Origin: an uncultured virus (IMG/VR IMGVR_UViG_3300007346_007557)
Lineage: Duplodnaviria; Heunggongvirae; Uroviricota; Caudoviricetes
Reading direction: 5' to 3' (one strand)
Virus record (IMG/VR): IMGVR_UViG_3300007346_007557
DNA length: 20,000 bases
The notes below the pieces were generated by a model that had not been told where the DNA came from, did not search any database, and saw only the letters and a program-made list of their open reading frames with translations. Below, piece by piece: positions 17,215 through 20,000 of the stretch; position 1 is the stretch's first letter, and every line of letters begins with the position of its first letter. The translations under genes and the position numbers were made by a program.

Positions 17215-17273
17215 AGTAATTGTGCTGCACACTAAAGGCACATAGAACATAGGCAATATAAGGAGGCATAACT

Positions 17274-18263
17274 ATGGCATCATTAGCAGAAATTAGAGCA
17301 AAGCTCAAAGAACAAGAAAATCGTTCAAGCGGTGGCAACACAGGCGGCGATAACGCAATTTACCCATTTTGGAATATGAAAGAAGGCGATCAGGCAACCC
17401 TGCGCTTCTTGCCTGACGGCGATGATTCAAACACTTTCTTTTGGAAAGAGCGTTTGATGATTAAACTTCCATTTGCTGGTGTAAAAGGCGAAACTGACTC
17501 ACGTCCAGTACAAGTACAAGTACCATGCATGGAAATGTATGGCGAATCTTGCCCAATCTTGCAAGAAGTACGTGGCTGGTTTAAAGATCCAAGTTTAGAA
17601 GATATGGGTCGTAAGTATTGGAAGAAACGTAGTTATATCTTCCAAGGTTTTGTTGTAGATGATCCATTGAAAGAAGATTCACAACCAGAAAATCCTATTC
17701 GTAGATTTATTATTGGTCCGCAAATCTTCCAACTAATCAAAGCAGCACTAATGGACCCAGATATGGAAGAACTGCCAACAGATTATACTGCTGGTGTAGA
17801 CTTCCGTCTTGCTAAAGGTTCAAAAGGTGGTTATGCAGATTACGGCGCAAGTAATTGGGCACGTAGAGAGCGTCCACTAGGTGATGCAGAGATGGCAGCA
17901 GTGAACACACACGGGTTGTTTAATCTAAATGATTTCCTTCCTAAAAAGCCAGGCGAAGTAGAACTTAAAGTTCTTACTGAAATGTTTGAAGCAAGTGTTG
18001 ACGGTGAAGCATATGATGCAGAGCGTTGGAGTAATTACTTCCGTCCTGCAGGTATGGCAGCACGTACAGGTGATCCAAACACAGCACCTGCTCCGACACC
18101 TGCTCCACAACCAGCAGCACCTGCACCTGCACCAGCAGCAGTTGAAGATGATATTCCTTTTAAATCAAATGAGGAAGTAGCAGCTGAAGCAGCACCAGCA
18201 GAAAACGCCGGCGGCGGCGCACAAGACATCCTAGCGATGATTCGTGCTCGTCAAGGACAATAA
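17274..18263 (+). CDS. gp32: Single-stranded DNA-binding protein (gp32-like)
   Basis: LRFLP, CP, YWKKRSY, G.DFRL.K and Y..S motifs; Pro/Ala linker; TAAGGAGG SD; followed by uvsX. Confidence 0.9.
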   Translation: MASLAEIRAKLKEQENRSSGGNTGGDNAIYPFWNMKEGDQATLRFLPDGDDSNTFFWKERLMIKLPFAGVKGETDSRPVQVQVPCMEMYGESCPILQEVRGWFKDPSLEDMGRKYWKKRSYIFQGFVVDDPLKEDSQPENPIRRFIIGPQIFQLIKAALMDPDMEELPTDYTAGVDFRLAKGSKGGYADYGASNWARRERPLGDAEMAAVNTHGLFNLNDFLPKKPGEVELKVLTEMFEASVDGEAYDAERWSNYFRPAGMAARTGDPNTAPAPTPAPQPAAPAPAPAAVEDDIPFKSNEEVAAEAAPAENAGGGAQDILAMIRARQGQ

Positions 18264-18265
18264 TA

Positions 18266-18296
18266 GAAAGGGCTTCGGCCCTTTCCTTTGCTTTTT
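18266..18296 (+). terminator. Terminator with cUUCGg tetraloop
   Basis: GAAAGGGC-TTCG-GCCCTTTC followed by CTTTGCTTTTT; UUCG hairpins are typical of T4-like phages. Confidence 0.85.
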
Positions 18297-18312
18297 AGAA
18301 TAGGAGATATGT

Positions 18313-19407
18313 ATGGCTACTAAAGCATTCGATCCTTCAAAGTTTCGAAACTCATTAACAAAATCTATTAAAGGTATGAGTGCAGGCTTTAATGATCCAC
18401 AAGATTGGATCAGCACAGGCAACTATGCACTTAACTATCTGCTAAGTGGTGATTTCCGCAAAGGTATTCCGCTAGGTAAAGTAAGCGTGTTTGCAGGCGA
18501 ATCAGGCGCAGGCAAGTCTTACATTGTGTCTGGTAATATTGTAAAGTCAGCACAAGAGCAAGACATCTTTGTGGTGCTTATTGACTCAGAAAACGCACTA
18601 GATCAAACATGGCTAGAAGCATTAGGTGTTGACTGCGATGACAGCAAACTACTAAAACTTAACATGGCAATGATTGACGATGTTGCTAAAACTATTAGCA
18701 CATTTATGGATGATTATAAATCAATGAACGAAGAAGATCGTCCTAAAGTATTGTTTGTTGTTGACTCATTAGGTATGCTTATGTCACCAACTGAAGTAAA
18801 TCAGTTTGAAGCAGGTGATATGAAGGGTGATATGGGTCGTAAGGCAAAAGCACTGAAGGCATTGGTTACTAACTGCGTAAATATGTTTGGTAGTTACAAT
18901 GTTGGTATGTGTGTTACTAACCACACTTATGCATCGCAGGATATGTTTGATCCAGATGATAAGATTTCAGGTGGTAGTGGCTTTGTGTATGCAAGTTCAA
19001 TGGTTGTAGCAATGAAAAAGCTGAAACTAAAAGAAGATGCAGACGGCAACAAAACATCACAAGTACACGGTATTAGAGCAGCGTGTAAGGTTATGAAAAC
19101 ACGTTACGCTAAACCGTTTGAAGCAGTACAAGTGAAGATTCCTTATGAAACAGGAATGGATCCATATTCAGGCATGTTTGATTTGCTTGAAGCAAAAGGA
19201 CTGCTTGAAAAACAAGGTAATCGCTACAAGTATGTTGATAGCGAAGGAAATGAAACACTAGAATATCGTAAAAACTGGACAGGTGAACTACTCGAAATGA
19301 TTATGGCCGATTTACCGGCAAAAGAAGCACAAATGGTAAATATCGCTAACGCAACCGACGAAGAAGTTGTGATTGATCATAACGAGGAGTTAGCTGAGAA
19401 TGAATGA
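18313..19407 (+). CDS. uvsX: RecA-like recombinase UvsX
   Basis: ISTG..ALN, GESGAGKS (Walker A), IDSENA, VVDSLG (Walker B), NHTY, SGG.G..Y. Confidence 0.95.
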   Translation: MATKAFDPSKFRNSLTKSIKGMSAGFNDPQDWISTGNYALNYLLSGDFRKGIPLGKVSVFAGESGAGKSYIVSGNIVKSAQEQDIFVVLIDSENALDQTWLEALGVDCDDSKLLKLNMAMIDDVAKTISTFMDDYKSMNEEDRPKVLFVVDSLGMLMSPTEVNQFEAGDMKGDMGRKAKALKALVTNCVNMFGSYNVGMCVTNHTYASQDMFDPDDKISGGSGFVYASSMVVAMKKLKLKEDADGNKTSQVHGIRAACKVMKTRYAKPFEAVQVKIPYETGMDPYSGMFDLLEAKGLLEKQGNRYKYVDSEGNETLEYRKNWTGELLEMIMADLPAKEAQMVNIANATDEEVVIDHNEELAENE

Positions 19408-19624
19408 AGAATTTGTTTCTGATCTATGGAACTTGTTTAAAGAATATTTGGATAAAAAGCATATTGAATTAGCAGCAGAAAGATATGTAGATACTCTTAT
19501 TGATTACGGAGTTTCGGATATTCAGTTGCAAGAAATGTTAGGCGGTGATAAAACACTTGATGCTGCAATTCAATATTACTTAGAGTTAGACGACGATAAC
19601 GATGACGACGATTGGGATGAATAA
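19400..19624 (+). CDS. Small, highly acidic hypothetical protein
   Basis: 74 aa; GAGGAG SD at 19384-19389; ends ELDDDNDDDDWDE; overlaps both neighbours. Confidence 0.75.
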   Translation: MNEEFVSDLWNLFKEYLDKKHIELAAERYVDTLIDYGVSDIQLQEMLGGDKTLDAAIQYYLELDDDNDDDDWDE

Positions 19625-20000
19625 TGGGTTGGTACAGCCAAGTAAGCAGAGATATATCACAAATTCCTTCTGCTATACAATACTTTGAAACTGAACTAGT
19701 TCAAGCAAAACAAGAATGTAAGTTACACGGTAATGTTGAAAAACAAGCATCAATGATGCCAGGTATTGTCGAGCATAGATTTAATCAGTTACAAGAAATT
19801 GAAGCCATATTAGAATTCTTAAACATTGAACTGCGTAAACTACGCAGTTCTTTTTTCAAAAAATATCTTGAAAATTATCAAAGAGCATTATCAAGCCGAG
19901 ATGTAGAAAAGTATGTTGATGGCGAACAAGATGTATGTGATTATGAAAAAATTATAAACGAATTTGCACTTATGCGTAACAAATGGTTAGGTGTGTTAAA
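19624..20000 (+). CDS. uvsY: UvsY-like recombination mediator (partial, runs off right edge)
   Basis: Absent from the ORF track; translated by hand from TAATG overlap: MGWYSQVSRDISQIPSAIQYFETELVQAKQECKLHGNVEKQASMMPGI...YLENYQRALSSRDVEKYVDGEQDV... Helical, with UvsY-like P.I and (D)..KY.D.(E/D) elements; two genes after uvsX. Confidence 0.7.
   Translation, partial: MGWYSQVSRDISQIPSAIQYFETELVQAKQECKLHGNVEKQASMMPGIVEHRFNQLQEIEAILEFLNIELRKLRSSFFKKYLENYQRALSSRDVEKYVDGEQDVCDYEKIINEFALMRNKWLGVL

Noticed and set aside
18080..18200. GCACC/CCAGCA repeats as a repeat array or CRISPR
   Set aside because: They simply encode the Pro/Ala linker of gp32; no repeat-spacer structure was seen anywhere in the window.
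8164..18422. Other small overlapping ORFs (8164, 10718, 11015, 13411, 16189, 17925, 17986, 18035, 18231)
   Set aside because: They overlap real genes and show no recognisable motifs or initiation signals.
13333..19407. Intron or intein in TerL or UvsX
   Set aside because: Both are continuous, of normal length, and show no intein splice motifs.
1..20000. Stop-codon reassignment
   Set aside because: Genes are full length in the standard code, and TAA, TAG (11246) and TGA (10166, 14913) all end genes at sensible points.

Overview
AT-rich fragment of a large T4-superfamily (distantly T4-like) myophage genome, read in the standard genetic code. It holds a virion morphogenesis module followed by a replication/recombination module. 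On the minus strand are gp15 (partial) and gp14. On the plus strand are gp13, an enlarged 1090-aa tail sheath gp18, tail tube gp19, a gp54/48-like tube protein, gp4 head-completion nuclease, TerS and TerL, then gp32 SSB, UvsX, a small acidic protein and UvsY (partial). Two accessory genes sit inside the late module: an antisense DUF3310-like gene with its own sigma70 promoter, and a Sulfotransfer_2-like gene. Highlights: (1) a strict GATAAATA late-promoter motif in front of nearly every late transcription unit, including a perfect back-to-back palindromic pair and four apparently leaderless genes; (2) three proteins around TerL with T4 capsid-targeting-like N-termini and/or hydrophobic-X-E protease-like sites, two of which look like modular polyproteins carrying peptidoglycan-binding modules (PG_binding_1, LysM) and in-frame internal starts; (3) a gp32 with a degenerate Zn site and an internal bacterial SSB-tail motif (EDDIPF) one nucleotide from a stop. 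All family calls come from motif recognition by eye; no database searches were run.
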